From Flavobacteriales bacterium (GTDB lineage: Bacteria > Bacteroidota > Bacteroidia > CAIKAF01), in assembly GCA_044376575.1 (NCBI GenBank), contig JBILKR010000005.1, forward strand, positions 44,078 to 108,077: a stretch of DNA of 64,000 bases, read 5' to 3'. The position numbers and the translations under genes are program-made. This document shows positions 36,582-46,678 of the stretch, in pieces. The notes below the pieces were generated by a model, which was not told the origin of the DNA, made no database searches, and saw only the letters and a program-made list of their open reading frames with translations. Numbering within the stretch: position 1 is the stretch's first letter; the number at the start of each line of letters is the position of its first letter.

Positions 36582-39572
36582 ATGAAAAATTTATTTACTG
36601 TTTTTTCAAGTTTTTTATTCGTCTTACAATTAATAGCGCAGCAACCTGTGTCTCAATTGAGTGCAGGGGGGACTCCTTGGTCATCTAAGCATACTGATAA
36701 AGACAGAGATATTGTTTATTTAACAATGCCATCTTTTGATGTTCAATCTCTGATTAATGAAGATGAATTGAATAAAAATAATAAGAATATTCCTTACCGC
36801 TTTGGGTATAATCATCTGGTAAATTATAATTTGAATAATTCAGGTAGCTGGATAAATTTAGAAGACGGGTCAAGAGTTTGGAGACTGGGAATATTCTCTA
36901 CTGGTGCATTATCAATTAATCTTGCATTTCAATATGTTTCAATTCCTGATGGCGGGAAGTTATTTGTTTTTAATGCTGATAAATCTATTGTATTAGGTGC
37001 TTTTACTCAGCAATATATTTCATCAGATTTGATGTTGGGGACTGAATTAATCAATGGAGATTCTATTGTTGTAGAATATATTGAACCTGCAAATGCAATT
37101 GGGCAATCATCGCTTGAGTTATTCCGCATTACTCACCGTTACAGAGGAATAGATGCTTTTATGGAGAAAACATTTGGCACTTCGGGTTCGTGTATGAATA
37201 ATGTGAACTGTCCGGCTTATGCGCCTTATGATAATCAGATCAGATCAGTTGTGTGTCTAGTTTCCGGTGGAAGTGAGTTTTGTACAGGAGCATTAATCAA
37301 TAATACATGTAATGATGGTACACCATATGTCTTAACAGCAAATCATTGTGGAGCATCAGGATTTGGAAGTTGGGTTTTTCGTTTTAACTGGGAGGCTGCA
37401 GGATGCACAAATCCCGGATCATCTCCATCAACAGCTCAATCAATATCAGGAAGTACTTCCAGGGCAAATAGTGCAGGAACGGATATGCGCTTAGTCCAAA
37501 TAAATTCTGCCATTCCTGCAGCTTATGGTGTTTATTTTGCAGGTTGGGACAGGTCAACGGTTCCATCGGTTAATCCATATTGTATTCATCATCCGAGTGG
37601 TGATATCAAGAAGATTAGTTTTACAACCGGAACTTCATCAACGGCTACGTATAGTTCTGCACAGTGTTGGAAAACTCCTACATGGACAGATGGAGTTACT
37701 GAGCCCGGTTCATCCGGATCACCTCTATTTAATAGCAGTGGTTTGATTATTGGTCAATTGTATGGTGGTCCATCTACATGTGCCTATGAGAATAATGCCG
37801 CCAACGGATATGATTTTTATGGAAGAGTTGATATATCATGGACTGGCGGAGGAACAAATTCAACTCGTTTGAGTAACTGGTTAGCTCCTGCATCTTGCGG
37901 TGCTGAGCCATCTTCGTTGAATGGATATGATCCCAATATGCCATCCATTGCACTGGATGCAACGATACCTTCAGTAACTTCTCCTGCTGCAACAGAATGT
38001 GACGGAAATATTACGCCGGTTGTATTATTAAAGAACAATGGAACAACAACATTAAATACAGTTTCCATTAACTATACAGTTGATGCGGGTTCACCTGTAT
38101 CATTCCCTTGGTCAGGTAGTTTGGCCTCCAATGCATCAGTAAATGTTATTTTACCGGCCTTTTCAACTACAACAGGTGCACATACATTTACAGTATCCGT
38201 TTCAAATCCAAATGGCAGCCCGGATCAAAATACAGCCAATGATGCTACTACTGTTTCTTTTAATGTAGTTAATCCTACAGGTCTAACATTGCCTTATACA
38301 GAAGGATTTGAAAACGTTACTTTCCCTCCTTCAGGTTGGTTGAATGAAAATCCGGATAACAATTCAGGAAGTGCTTTATGGGTAAGATCTACAGCAGCAT
38401 CCGGTTTTGGTAACAGCACAGCATCTGCCAGAATAGACCAGTCAAGTCCTGCAACATCTACTGCCGGTCAGGTTGATAATTTAATAACTCCATATTTGGA
38501 TTTATCTGCTTCAACGAATCCAACACTATCTTTTAGTGTGGCCAATGCCAGATACAATGCTACTTATTATGATTCATTAATTGTATGGATAACTTCTGAT
38601 TGTGGGGGAACATGGACACGCCTCGCTTCATACGGAAATAATACTGGATCAAGTCCATTGGCTACTGCTCCTGATGTTACAACTGCTTTTATTCCAACGG
38701 CAGCTCAATGGGCTACAAAAACATTAAGCTTGTCATCTTATGCAACACAAACCGCAGTAAGAGTTAGATTCCAGATGAGAAGTGGTTGGGGTAACGTAAC
38801 ATTTTTAGATGATATCAATGTTTCATCATCTTTAGTTGGTCCTCCAACCTCATCATTCAATACGAGCTCAACAACTATTTGCGAAGGACAAAATATTAAT
38901 TTTACTAATACTTCAGTTGATGCCACTTCTGTAAGTTGGTCATTCCCCGGAGGATCACCAGGCTCGTCAACTCAAAATAATCCATCTGTAATTTTTAATA
39001 ATCCGGGAACTTATACTGTTGTGTTAACTGCCACTAATACAAATGGAACAAGTACATCATCAGCAACCATTACTGTAAATACTTCTCCCAATGCTCAGGT
39101 CTCAAATGTTGGAACCATTTGTCAGGGCTCAATAGCAACTATTGCTGCAACGGGTGGAAGTAGTTTTCAATGGAGCACAGGGGCTTCAGGAAATTCAATT
39201 ACAGTTTCTCCTTCTGCATCTACTACATACACAGTAACGGTTACCGGAGTTAATGGATGTACATCTACAGCGATGACCACAGTGAACGTTGTCAATTGTT
39301 CTTCACTCAATGATTTGTCAAATTCTGATGCGTTAACGTTATATCCTAATCCTGTTACTAACTATTTTACATTACAATTACCTGTTGCTTACGACAATGA
39401 TTTAACGGTTGAAATTTTAACCCCATTCGGACAATCTATTCAATCAAATACATGGTTTGCTAATCAGACAACGATGATTGTGAATACTGATAATTTTGCT
39501 TCCGGATTATATTTGGTAAGAATTTCAGATGGAAAGCAGTCTGTATTGAAGAGAATAGTTGTTGTTCAATAA
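36582..39572 (+). CDS. Secreted S1 (trypsin-fold, lysyl-endopeptidase-like) serine protease with PKD-like domains and T9SS C-terminal sorting domain
   Basis: 996 aa with a signal peptide. Catalytic His (LTANHCG) and Ser (EPGSSGSPLF) motifs. PKD-like region (GTYTVVLTATNTNGTS). C-terminal LYPNPVTNYFTLQL...GLYLVRISDG is a T9SS type-A C-terminal domain. Confidence 0.8.
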   Translation: MKNLFTVFSSFLFVLQLIAQQPVSQLSAGGTPWSSKHTDKDRDIVYLTMPSFDVQSLINEDELNKNNKNIPYRFGYNHLVNYNLNNSGSWINLEDGSRVWRLGIFSTGALSINLAFQYVSIPDGGKLFVFNADKSIVLGAFTQQYISSDLMLGTELINGDSIVVEYIEPANAIGQSSLELFRITHRYRGIDAFMEKTFGTSGSCMNNVNCPAYAPYDNQIRSVVCLVSGGSEFCTGALINNTCNDGTPYVLTANHCGASGFGSWVFRFNWEAAGCTNPGSSPSTAQSISGSTSRANSAGTDMRLVQINSAIPAAYGVYFAGWDRSTVPSVNPYCIHHPSGDIKKISFTTGTSSTATYSSAQCWKTPTWTDGVTEPGSSGSPLFNSSGLIIGQLYGGPSTCAYENNAANGYDFYGRVDISWTGGGTNSTRLSNWLAPASCGAEPSSLNGYDPNMPSIALDATIPSVTSPAATECDGNITPVVLLKNNGTTTLNTVSINYTVDAGSPVSFPWSGSLASNASVNVILPAFSTTTGAHTFTVSVSNPNGSPDQNTANDATTVSFNVVNPTGLTLPYTEGFENVTFPPSGWLNENPDNNSGSALWVRSTAASGFGNSTASARIDQSSPATSTAGQVDNLITPYLDLSASTNPTLSFSVANARYNATYYDSLIVWITSDCGGTWTRLASYGNNTGSSPLATAPDVTTAFIPTAAQWATKTLSLSSYATQTAVRVRFQMRSGWGNVTFLDDINVSSSLVGPPTSSFNTSSTTICEGQNINFTNTSVDATSVSWSFPGGSPGSSTQNNPSVIFNNPGTYTVVLTATNTNGTSTSSATITVNTSPNAQVSNVGTICQGSIATIAATGGSSFQWSTGASGNSITVSPSASTTYTVTVTGVNGCTSTAMTTVNVVNCSSLNDLSNSDALTLYPNPVTNYFTLQLPVAYDNDLTVEILTPFGQSIQSNTWFANQTTMIVNTDNFASGLYLVRISDGKQSVLKRIVVVQ

Positions 39573-39591
39573 CTTAAATAATGAATAAAAT

Positions 39592-39627
39592 AAAGGCAGT
39601 GGAATTTAATTTTACTGCCTTTTTTAT
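39592..39627. terminator. Bidirectional rho-independent terminator between the protease gene (+) and arsC (-)
   Basis: Hairpin AAAGGCAGT...ACTGCCTTT flanked by an A-run and a T-run. Confidence 0.7.
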
Positions 39628-40037
39628 TTGTTGAATTGCTTTGAAAAATTCAAACAAAAATTTTTGATTTCATCTCTTGTTTTTCGAAAAGCAGTATTTA
39701 TTTCAATTTCTGTACCCTTAACTTTTGAAGGATCTGTAAAATTGTGATGTATTCTAATCCCATTACCCGGAATAAAAGGGCAATGTTCTTGAGCATGATC
39801 ACATACTGTAATTATATAGTCGAAAAAAATATCTTTATATTCATCAATATGATTACTGGTATGAGTTGAAATATCAATATTATCTTCCATCATAATTTCA
39901 ACAGCTTTTTTATTTAAACCATGCGTTTCAATTCCGGCACTGTATATCTTAGCTTTATCACTTAAAAAATGCTTTAAATAACCGTGTGCCATCTGACTCC
40001 TGCAGCTGTTGCCAGTGCATAATACCAATATATTCAT
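39624..40037 (-). CDS. arsC: Arsenate reductase ArsC, thioredoxin-coupled LMW-PTP type
   Basis: 137 aa. CX5R P-loop (LCTGNSCRSQMA) plus a downstream Cys pair (VCDHAQEHCP) typical of Bacillus-type ArsC. Adjacent to the ACR3 gene. Confidence 0.82.
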   Translation of the reverse strand: MNILVLCTGNSCRSQMAHGYLKHFLSDKAKIYSAGIETHGLNKKAVEIMMEDNIDISTHTSNHIDEYKDIFFDYIITVCDHAQEHCPFIPGNGIRIHHNFTDPSKVKGTEIEINTAFRKTRDEIKNFCLNFSKQFNK

Positions 40038-40050
40038 TGTAAATATAAAT

Positions 40051-41061
40051 TTAATAACGCCATTTGTTTGCCAGTTTCACCAGTGAAAGCATCACCGGAA
40101 CTTCAATCAGTACACCAACCACAGTCGTTAACGATGCTCCTGAATTTAAACCGAAAAGTGATATCGCAACTGCAACAGCTAGTTCAAAAAAATTACTTGC
40201 TCCAATCATTGCAGCCGGAGCGCAAATTGCATGTTGTAATTTTAATTTGATACCAATAAACCATGATAAAAAAAATATAAAATAAGTTTGAAGAATTAAT
40301 GGTACGGCAATAAGCAAAATAATCAGTGGCTGTTGTATAATTTTTTCTCCCTGAAAGGCAAATAAAAGTACCAATGTAGAGAGTAATGCAATAATTGATA
40401 AAGGTTTTAATTGTGGTATAAATTGATTAACGAACCAATCATTACCCTTTAATTTTATTAAAATTCTATTGATAAGATATCCTGTAATCAATGGTATCGC
40501 TACAAAAATGAAAACAGATGTTATCAGTACATGATAGGGTATTTCGATGTTACTTACACCAAGTAATAATTTTACAATTGGAATAAATGCAAAGAGTAAA
40601 ATTAAATCGTTAACTGCAACTTGAATTAATGTATATGTAGCATCTCCTTTTGTAAGGTAACTCCAAACAAAAACCATTGCAGTACAGGGTGCGGCACCAA
40701 GTAAAATTGCTCCTGCAATATATTGTTGTGCATCTTCAGGACTTATAATTGATGCATAAATATTTTTAAAAAACACATAACCAAAAAATGCCATGGTAAA
40801 AGGTTTAATAAGCCAGTTAATAATAACTGTCAATGCTAATCCTTTGCTATTATTCATTACGTTTCTTACAGAGGTAAAATCAATCTGAACCATCATTGGG
40901 AAAATCATCATCCAAACCAATATGGCTACAGGAACATTAATAGTATTTACATTCCATCTCTCAATTACTTGAACAGAATTTCCTAATATTTTCCCAAGAA
41001 TAATTCCTGTGATGATACATAATAAAACCCAAATACTTAAGTACTTTTCAAATCGTCCCAT
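40051..41061 (-). CDS. acr3: Arsenite efflux transporter, ACR3 family
   Basis: Polytopic membrane protein with an ACR3-like N-terminus (MGRFEKYLSIWVLLCI). The track ORF extends to a TTG at 41106, which would run through a terminator hairpin, so I chose the ATG at 41061. Confidence 0.8.
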   Translation of the reverse strand: MGRFEKYLSIWVLLCIITGIILGKILGNSVQVIERWNVNTINVPVAILVWMMIFPMMVQIDFTSVRNVMNNSKGLALTVIINWLIKPFTMAFFGYVFFKNIYASIISPEDAQQYIAGAILLGAAPCTAMVFVWSYLTKGDATYTLIQVAVNDLILLFAFIPIVKLLLGVSNIEIPYHVLITSVFIFVAIPLITGYLINRILIKLKGNDWFVNQFIPQLKPLSIIALLSTLVLLFAFQGEKIIQQPLIILLIAVPLILQTYFIFFLSWFIGIKLKLQHAICAPAAMIGASNFFELAVAVAISLFGLNSGASLTTVVGVLIEVPVMLSLVKLANKWRY

Positions 41062-41083
41062 TTCAAATGATTTTGTCGAAAAT

Positions 41084-41117
41084 AAAAAAAGGGCTTGAAT
41101 ATTCAAGCCCTTTTAAA
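41084..41117 (-). terminator. Rho-independent terminator downstream of the DUF4397/T9SS gene
   Basis: GGGCTTGAA-tat-TTCAAGCCC hairpin (41091-41110). An A-run on the plus strand gives a T-run on the minus strand. It is 16 nt past the stop at 41133. Confidence 0.7.
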
Positions 41118-41132
41118 TTGAAAAATATAAAC

Positions 41133-42878
41133 TTATAATTTAATAAACTTGGTCTTAACATTCACTTCATTATTGAAGATATGGATTTGATACATTCCAT
41201 TGCTCAATGAAGATACATTCAATGAAAACTGATTTGCTCCTTTTGAAATTTGAATATCATTAACTGCATTAATTACTTTCCCATTCATATCAATCATCTG
41301 TACATTAATATTACCATTGATTTTGCTATCAATAGATACATTGATGAAATCAGTTGCAGGATTTGGGAAAATACTAGTGCTGATATTTAAATTTTCATTT
41401 TCAACACTTGTTACATTTGGAAGTGGAATAAAGTTACCTCCGTTTGGTAAAACAGCAAACAAACCAAAAGCAGCTAAATTATTTACGTTTTCGTCATTTG
41501 GTGTTACAAATCCAGAAGCAAAAACAGTCACAGCTGTATTGCTTAGTGATCCTAGTGGAACTAAGAAACTACCTACTACAATATTATTGTCATTACCTGG
41601 AGTAACATTCAATACAGTAGATCCTGCAGCAGGGAATGCTGCATATCCAAAAGTATCACCATACGCGATATCATCAATTACAGTAATTCCAGTAGTTTGA
41701 GATACTGCATCAACAGCTGGTGCATCTGGAGAATGATGAATTACCATTACATCAGATGTTCCGGCAGTTTCAGATTGAATACGTGCATCTTCTAATAATT
41801 CTACAGTAAAACCTACTGCGCTTCCATTTACAGATTCTGAATGATCAAATAAAGTTCCGGTTGTATTAGCTAATCCATAAGCAATGGCCTGATACGTTAC
41901 ATTCTTTACAAGTGTAAATGGAATTTTAACCAATCCTGACGTTGTATCTGTAGAGTTACTTGGACAAAATATCGCTCTATAATTGTCAGAAGGAACAATT
42001 AAGTATGGAGTAGATGTTTTATAAGATACATCATTTAGCGGAATAATATCACCATTACTGTTTGCAATATATAAATCAACAGTTCCAACCAATGGATCTG
42101 GACTATTATGTACTACCTGTATTCTGGATAAATCAGCTGTTGGTAATGATAATACTGTTCCATTAGGTAGTGCAACAAATAAACCGAAAGCAGGTTGACC
42201 TGTAGCAGGATTTAAGTAACCCGATGCAAATAAAATACCTGCTCCACCGGCTGCATTTAATGTTTGTAATGGTACTCCGAAACCTTCAACCATAATATTT
42301 ACATTGGCTGCTGGTGTTAACAATAATGCTAAGTCATTTGCTTGTAAAGAAGCAAAGCCTGAGTATGTTCCATATGCCAAATTAGGTACAGCTGGTACTA
42401 ATGCATTACCAATAAATCCATGCACAGCTGGAGCATCTGTTGATCCATGGAAAACATTCACATCAAATTCAGTTGGATTTGTTGCGGTTGCTTTTCCTGC
42501 ACCATAAAAAATATTAAATGGAGTAGTACTACTGCCCACTTCACCTGCAGCCATAGCTACGTAATATGCACCTGTTGTTAAATTAGGCACAGCAAAACTA
42601 ACTAATGTATCACCAATTGTTGGTGTAGCATCAGATGGAGCAATTGCTACTCTCATTGTAGAAAGGTTAGAAGGTAACTGCACGTAAGGTGTTGCTTCTC
42701 TAAATAATAATCCTGATACAACAGGTCCTGCGCTCCATGAAGTTCCATCATAAAGGTAAATATCTACAGAGTTGGCAGCCGGTGTAGGGCAGTTGTGAAT
42801 GATCTGAACATTCGCTTGGCTAAATCCTGTCAATCCTGACAATAGAAGAGCCATTGATAAGAATACATTTTTCTTCAT
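41133..42878 (-). CDS. Secreted DUF4397-repeat protein with T9SS C-terminal sorting domain
   Basis: 581 aa with a signal peptide. Repeated (I/V)HxSPDAPxVD-like motifs (QIIHNCPTPAANSVDIY, QVVHNSPDPLVGTVDLY, VMVIHHSPDAPAVDAV). C-terminal IFPNPATDFINVSI...GMYQIHIF is a T9SS type-A C-terminal domain. Confidence 0.75.
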   Translation of the reverse strand: MKKNVFLSMALLLSGLTGFSQANVQIIHNCPTPAANSVDIYLYDGTSWSAGPVVSGLLFREATPYVQLPSNLSTMRVAIAPSDATPTIGDTLVSFAVPNLTTGAYYVAMAAGEVGSSTTPFNIFYGAGKATATNPTEFDVNVFHGSTDAPAVHGFIGNALVPAVPNLAYGTYSGFASLQANDLALLLTPAANVNIMVEGFGVPLQTLNAAGGAGILFASGYLNPATGQPAFGLFVALPNGTVLSLPTADLSRIQVVHNSPDPLVGTVDLYIANSNGDIIPLNDVSYKTSTPYLIVPSDNYRAIFCPSNSTDTTSGLVKIPFTLVKNVTYQAIAYGLANTTGTLFDHSESVNGSAVGFTVELLEDARIQSETAGTSDVMVIHHSPDAPAVDAVSQTTGITVIDDIAYGDTFGYAAFPAAGSTVLNVTPGNDNNIVVGSFLVPLGSLSNTAVTVFASGFVTPNDENVNNLAAFGLFAVLPNGGNFIPLPNVTSVENENLNISTSIFPNPATDFINVSIDSKINGNINVQMIDMNGKVINAVNDIQISKGANQFSLNVSSLSNGMYQIHIFNNEVNVKTKFIKL

Positions 42879-43233
42879 AATTTATTTTATTAATTAATAG
42901 ACAAACAATATTGATAGGCTGATGTTTAAATTCTACAATTGCTTTTTGAAATCTAAAATTATATCTGTGACTTAAATGCCATGTAATCAATAATATAAAT
43001 AATTATTTGCGTTAAATATTTAACTTCGTTTAACAAGAAATGAAGCAAATAAATTATCTACAGAAATTGAAAAATTTGATTCGGATGCTTTTGTTGTAAT
43101 GAGCAGTGTTAAAGACACAAAAGGTGGAATGATTAAAAAACATCCGCTCAATCACTAATCTTAACTTTTTATTTCAGTTCATTAGTGCCCTAAATAATTT
43201 ATATTTATACATTAAATTTTTGCTCAGATTGAG

Positions 43234-44643
43234 ATGAAGTATAATCAATTGTTGTCAGACGATATCATAATAATAAAGAAAATCATAGGTGATGAATTCG
43301 TTATTGTAAAAACCGATGATAAAATACATGCATATTCCCATGATGAAACAGAAGACCTTGTTTTTATTCCGGAAATAGTGGTTAAACCATCCGACTCAGA
43401 ACAAATATCTAAGCTCATGAAATATTGTCATGAGCGAAACATCCCGGTAACACCACGCGGAGCCGGAACCGGATTAAGTGGAGGTGCTTTGCCTGTTATG
43501 GGTGGTGTTGTATTAAGTACAGAAAGATTAAATAAGATTATAAATATTGATGAAGATAATTTACAAGTAATTACAGAACCCGGAGTTATTACTCAGGTAT
43601 TACAAGAAAAAGTGATTGAAAAAGGATTGTATTATCCACCTGATCCATCTTCTCGGGGGTCTTGTTTTATTGGAGGAAACATTGCAGAATCTTCAGGTGG
43701 ACCAAGAGCAGTAAAGTATGGAGTAACCAAAGATTATGTATTGAATTGCGAAGTGGTTCTCCCAAACGGAGAAATTATCTGGACAGGCGCCAATGTGCTT
43801 AAAAACTCAACCGGATATAACTTAACTCAACTCATCGTGGGTAGCGAAGGTACATTAGGTATCGTTACCAAAATTGTATTAAAACTTATTCCTTATCCTC
43901 CATTATCTGTAGTTATGCTTGTTCCTTTTTCATTCCCTGAAAAGGCATGTGAGGCTGTAGCAGCAGTATTTAAAGCAGGGGTGATACCATCTGCTCTTGA
44001 ATTCATGGAAAGGGATGCCATCGACTGGACGTTAAAATTCAGGAATGATATTAACCTGAAAATTGAAGATAATGAAATGGCGCACTTGCTTATTGAAGTG
44101 GATGGTGATGATATGGAAACCATAAGAAAACAAGTAGAAAAAATTGTTGTGGTTATGGAAGAGTTTGAGGCACTCAATATTTTATACGCCGAATCAGAAG
44201 ATGAAAAAAATGCGTTGTGGAAATTGAGAAGAAGTGTTGCTGAAGCTGTAAAATCTAATTCTGTATATAAAGAAGAAGATACAGTAGTTCCTAGATATGC
44301 CTTGCCTCAATTATTGTCAGGAGTAAAATCTATTGGAAAAAAATATGGATTTACTTCGGTGTGTTATGGTCATGCTGGTGATGGAAATTTACACGTGAAC
44401 ATTATGAAAGGAAATTTATCAGATGAAGAATGGAATCAAAAAATAACGCCGGGAATCAGAGAAATATTTCAATTGTGTGTTCAATTAGGTGGTACACTTT
44501 CCGGAGAACATGGCATCGGTTGGGTGCAAAAAAATTATATGGATATTGCATTCAATCAAACACAACTTAATTTGATGAAAGGAATTAAAAAAGTATTTGA
44601 TCCAAGTGGTATTTTAAATCCAGGGAAAATATTTCCTGATTAG
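43234..44643 (+). CDS. FAD-linked oxidase (GlcD / D-lactate dehydrogenase-like)
   Basis: 469 aa. FAD-binding PCMH domain (RGAGTGLSGGALP) and C-terminal FAD-oxidase domain. Confidence 0.85.
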   Translation: MKYNQLLSDDIIIIKKIIGDEFVIVKTDDKIHAYSHDETEDLVFIPEIVVKPSDSEQISKLMKYCHERNIPVTPRGAGTGLSGGALPVMGGVVLSTERLNKIINIDEDNLQVITEPGVITQVLQEKVIEKGLYYPPDPSSRGSCFIGGNIAESSGGPRAVKYGVTKDYVLNCEVVLPNGEIIWTGANVLKNSTGYNLTQLIVGSEGTLGIVTKIVLKLIPYPPLSVVMLVPFSFPEKACEAVAAVFKAGVIPSALEFMERDAIDWTLKFRNDINLKIEDNEMAHLLIEVDGDDMETIRKQVEKIVVVMEEFEALNILYAESEDEKNALWKLRRSVAEAVKSNSVYKEEDTVVPRYALPQLLSGVKSIGKKYGFTSVCYGHAGDGNLHVNIMKGNLSDEEWNQKITPGIREIFQLCVQLGGTLSGEHGIGWVQKNYMDIAFNQTQLNLMKGIKKVFDPSGILNPGKIFPD

Positions 44644-44650
44644 ACATAAA

Positions 44651-44677
44651 AAAAGCCGGTATGATTACCGGCTTTTT
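44651..44677. terminator. Bidirectional rho-independent terminator between the FAD oxidase gene (+) and the Zn-peptidase gene (-)
   Basis: AAAAAGCCGGT-atgatt-ACCGGCTTTTT. Confidence 0.75.
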
Positions 44678-44696
44678 AGTTATAACTTTAAATTAT

Positions 44697-45386
44697 TTAA
44701 TCTCTGTTTCCCAAGTATTGTAAAATGTAATACAATAAAACAGTAACGGAAGATAACGCAGCTACAACGTAAGTTGTTGCCGCTAAATTCAATGCTTTGG
44801 TTGCTTTTTCATGTTCTTCTCCATAAGTTAAACCGGTTCCGTTTAACCATGCCAAACCTCTTTTTGTTGCATCAAATTCAACTGGTAATGTTACCAGTGA
44901 AAATAATGTTATGGCTCCCTGACATGCAATGATGATAAGCAATGCGATTTGATAATTGAAAAAATTAAATGCAAATGCACCAAACAAGGAAGCAAAGAAA
45001 ATAATATTAATGATCTGAGAACTGAAACTTACAACAGGAACCATCGCAGACCTGAATTGTAAAAATGGATATGCCGTTGCATGTTGAATGGCATGTCCGC
45101 ATTCGTGAGCGGCAACAGCTGCTGCTGCAACGTGTGTTCCATTATAAACTTCAGGACTTAAATTCACTGTTCTGTTGGCAGGATTATAGTGATCCGTTAA
45201 ATGACCTGGAACACAGGTTACCTGCACATCGTAAATACCATTTTCACGTAACATTCTTTCTGCAACTTCACGTCCGCTGATTCCACTACGCATAGGAATT
45301 TTAGAATACGCTGCAAAGCGATTTTTCAGTTTGTAGCCAACGGCCATACTGATAAGCATAAAACCAATGATGATGATGAATAACAT
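44697..45386 (-). CDS. Membrane-associated putative neutral zinc metallopeptidase (Zn_peptidase_2 family)
   Basis: 229 aa with an HEXXH motif (HECGHAIQH) and several transmembrane segments. Confidence 0.7.
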   Translation of the reverse strand: MLFIIIIGFMLISMAVGYKLKNRFAAYSKIPMRSGISGREVAERMLRENGIYDVQVTCVPGHLTDHYNPANRTVNLSPEVYNGTHVAAAAVAAHECGHAIQHATAYPFLQFRSAMVPVVSFSSQIINIIFFASLFGAFAFNFFNYQIALLIIIACQGAITLFSLVTLPVEFDATKRGLAWLNGTGLTYGEEHEKATKALNLAATTYVVAALSSVTVLLYYILQYLGNRD

Positions 45387-45600
45387 ATTTATATTTTTTA
45401 ATACTTCTACAAATTACTATCCAATTTTTAATTTTTCAAAACGATTTTCCGTAAAAAATGTTGTAATCCTTATTTAATAAGCTTTTTAAATGATTTAAAG
45501 ATTGGTGAATTATCTCCGCAATAATGTCAAACTGACATTCAACTGTCATGATTGTTGATGGAAATTATGTAGGTTTGTATTATAGTAAAGATGAGAAGTT

Positions 45601-46374
45601 ATGGAAAGACCATTGATATTAGTTTGTAATGATGACGGTATTTTTGCTCCGGGAATAAAAGCGTTAACAGAGGTGATGTTGGAGCTTGGTGATGTATTGG
45701 TTGTGGCGCCCGATAGTCCGCAGTCTGGTATGGGGCATGCCATTACAATAAATTCTACATTACGTGTAAATAAAATAAATCATTCTGATGGAATTGTACA
45801 ATACAGTTGCTCGGGAACACCTGTAGATTGCGTGAAAATGGCAGTTAATAAAATTGCGGACAGACCTATTGCCATGGTTGTATCTGGTATTAATCATGGT
45901 TCTAATTCTTCTATTAATGTCATCTATTCTGGTACAATGTCAGCAGCGATGGAAGGTTGTATTGAAGGCATTCCAAGCATTGGATTCTCATTATGTAATT
46001 ATTCATTCGATGCTGATTTTGAAAATTGTAAACCGTATGTGATGAAGATTGCTTCTATGGTATTGGAAAACGGATTGCCCGATGGTGTATGTTTAAATGT
46101 AAATATACCATCTGCTTATAAAGACAATATTCAAGGAGTAAGAATCTGCAGACAAGCACGTGCTTTATGGGAAGAGGAACTGGAAGAAAGGCTCGATCCG
46201 AGAGGTGGAAAATATTACTGGCTTACCGGCGTTTTTAAAAATTTAGACGAAGGACTGGATACTGACGAATGGGCAATTGCAAATAATTTTGTTTCTATCG
46301 TTCCTGTTCAGTTCGATATCACAGCATATCGTGCGATGGAAAGTTTAAAAATGTGGAATTTTAATATCGATTAA
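45601..46374 (+). CDS. surE: 5'/3'-nucleotidase SurE
   Basis: 257 aa. N-terminal ILVCNDDGIFAPGI and GINHGSN motifs. Confidence 0.9.
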   Translation: MERPLILVCNDDGIFAPGIKALTEVMLELGDVLVVAPDSPQSGMGHAITINSTLRVNKINHSDGIVQYSCSGTPVDCVKMAVNKIADRPIAMVVSGINHGSNSSINVIYSGTMSAAMEGCIEGIPSIGFSLCNYSFDADFENCKPYVMKIASMVLENGLPDGVCLNVNIPSAYKDNIQGVRICRQARALWEEELEERLDPRGGKYYWLTGVFKNLDEGLDTDEWAIANNFVSIVPVQFDITAYRAMESLKMWNFNID

Positions 46375-46375
46375 T

Positions 46376-46675
46376 ATGTTTTCAAAATTCTGGCAACGCG
46401 ATCATTTGGGTTTTGGTCTATTAGTGGGTATGGTTGTCCCTGTGATTACATTTTTTATTTTGATGAGCATTAACGAAACGGCAATGCAAATTTGGAATTT
46501 ACCTTTTTTATTGCCGTTGGATACTCATTTCACTTTATCTGTAGCCGCTAACTTATTTTTCTTCCGTCAGTTCATGGTAAAGAAGATGAAAGACAAGACA
46601 GGAAGAGGAATTTTGTTGGCAACCTTCATCTATGCGATTGTTTACTTGTTTGTATTTTTTATTTTCGAAAAATAG
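46376..46675 (+). CDS. Small hypothetical membrane protein
   Basis: 99 aa with about three hydrophobic helices, packed tightly between surE and lpxB. Confidence 0.45.
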   Translation: MFSKFWQRDHLGFGLLVGMVVPVITFFILMSINETAMQIWNLPFLLPLDTHFTLSVAANLFFFRQFMVKKMKDKTGRGILLATFIYAIVYLFVFFIFEK

Positions 46676-46678
46676 AAA

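Noticed and set aside
41317-41700. 127-aa plus-strand ORF inside the DUF4397/T9SS gene; similarly 10681-10980 (-) inside gldK and 40064-40285 (+) inside ACR3
   Set aside because: Antisense to genes with clear domain signatures, with no independent signals.
42879-43233. Largest intergenic region (355 nt), examined for a tRNA, small RNA or mobile-element remnant
   Set aside because: It is uniformly AT-rich with no cloverleaf-compatible GC stems, no repeats and only trivial ORFs of about 19 aa. It is most likely promoter and leader for the two divergent flanking genes.
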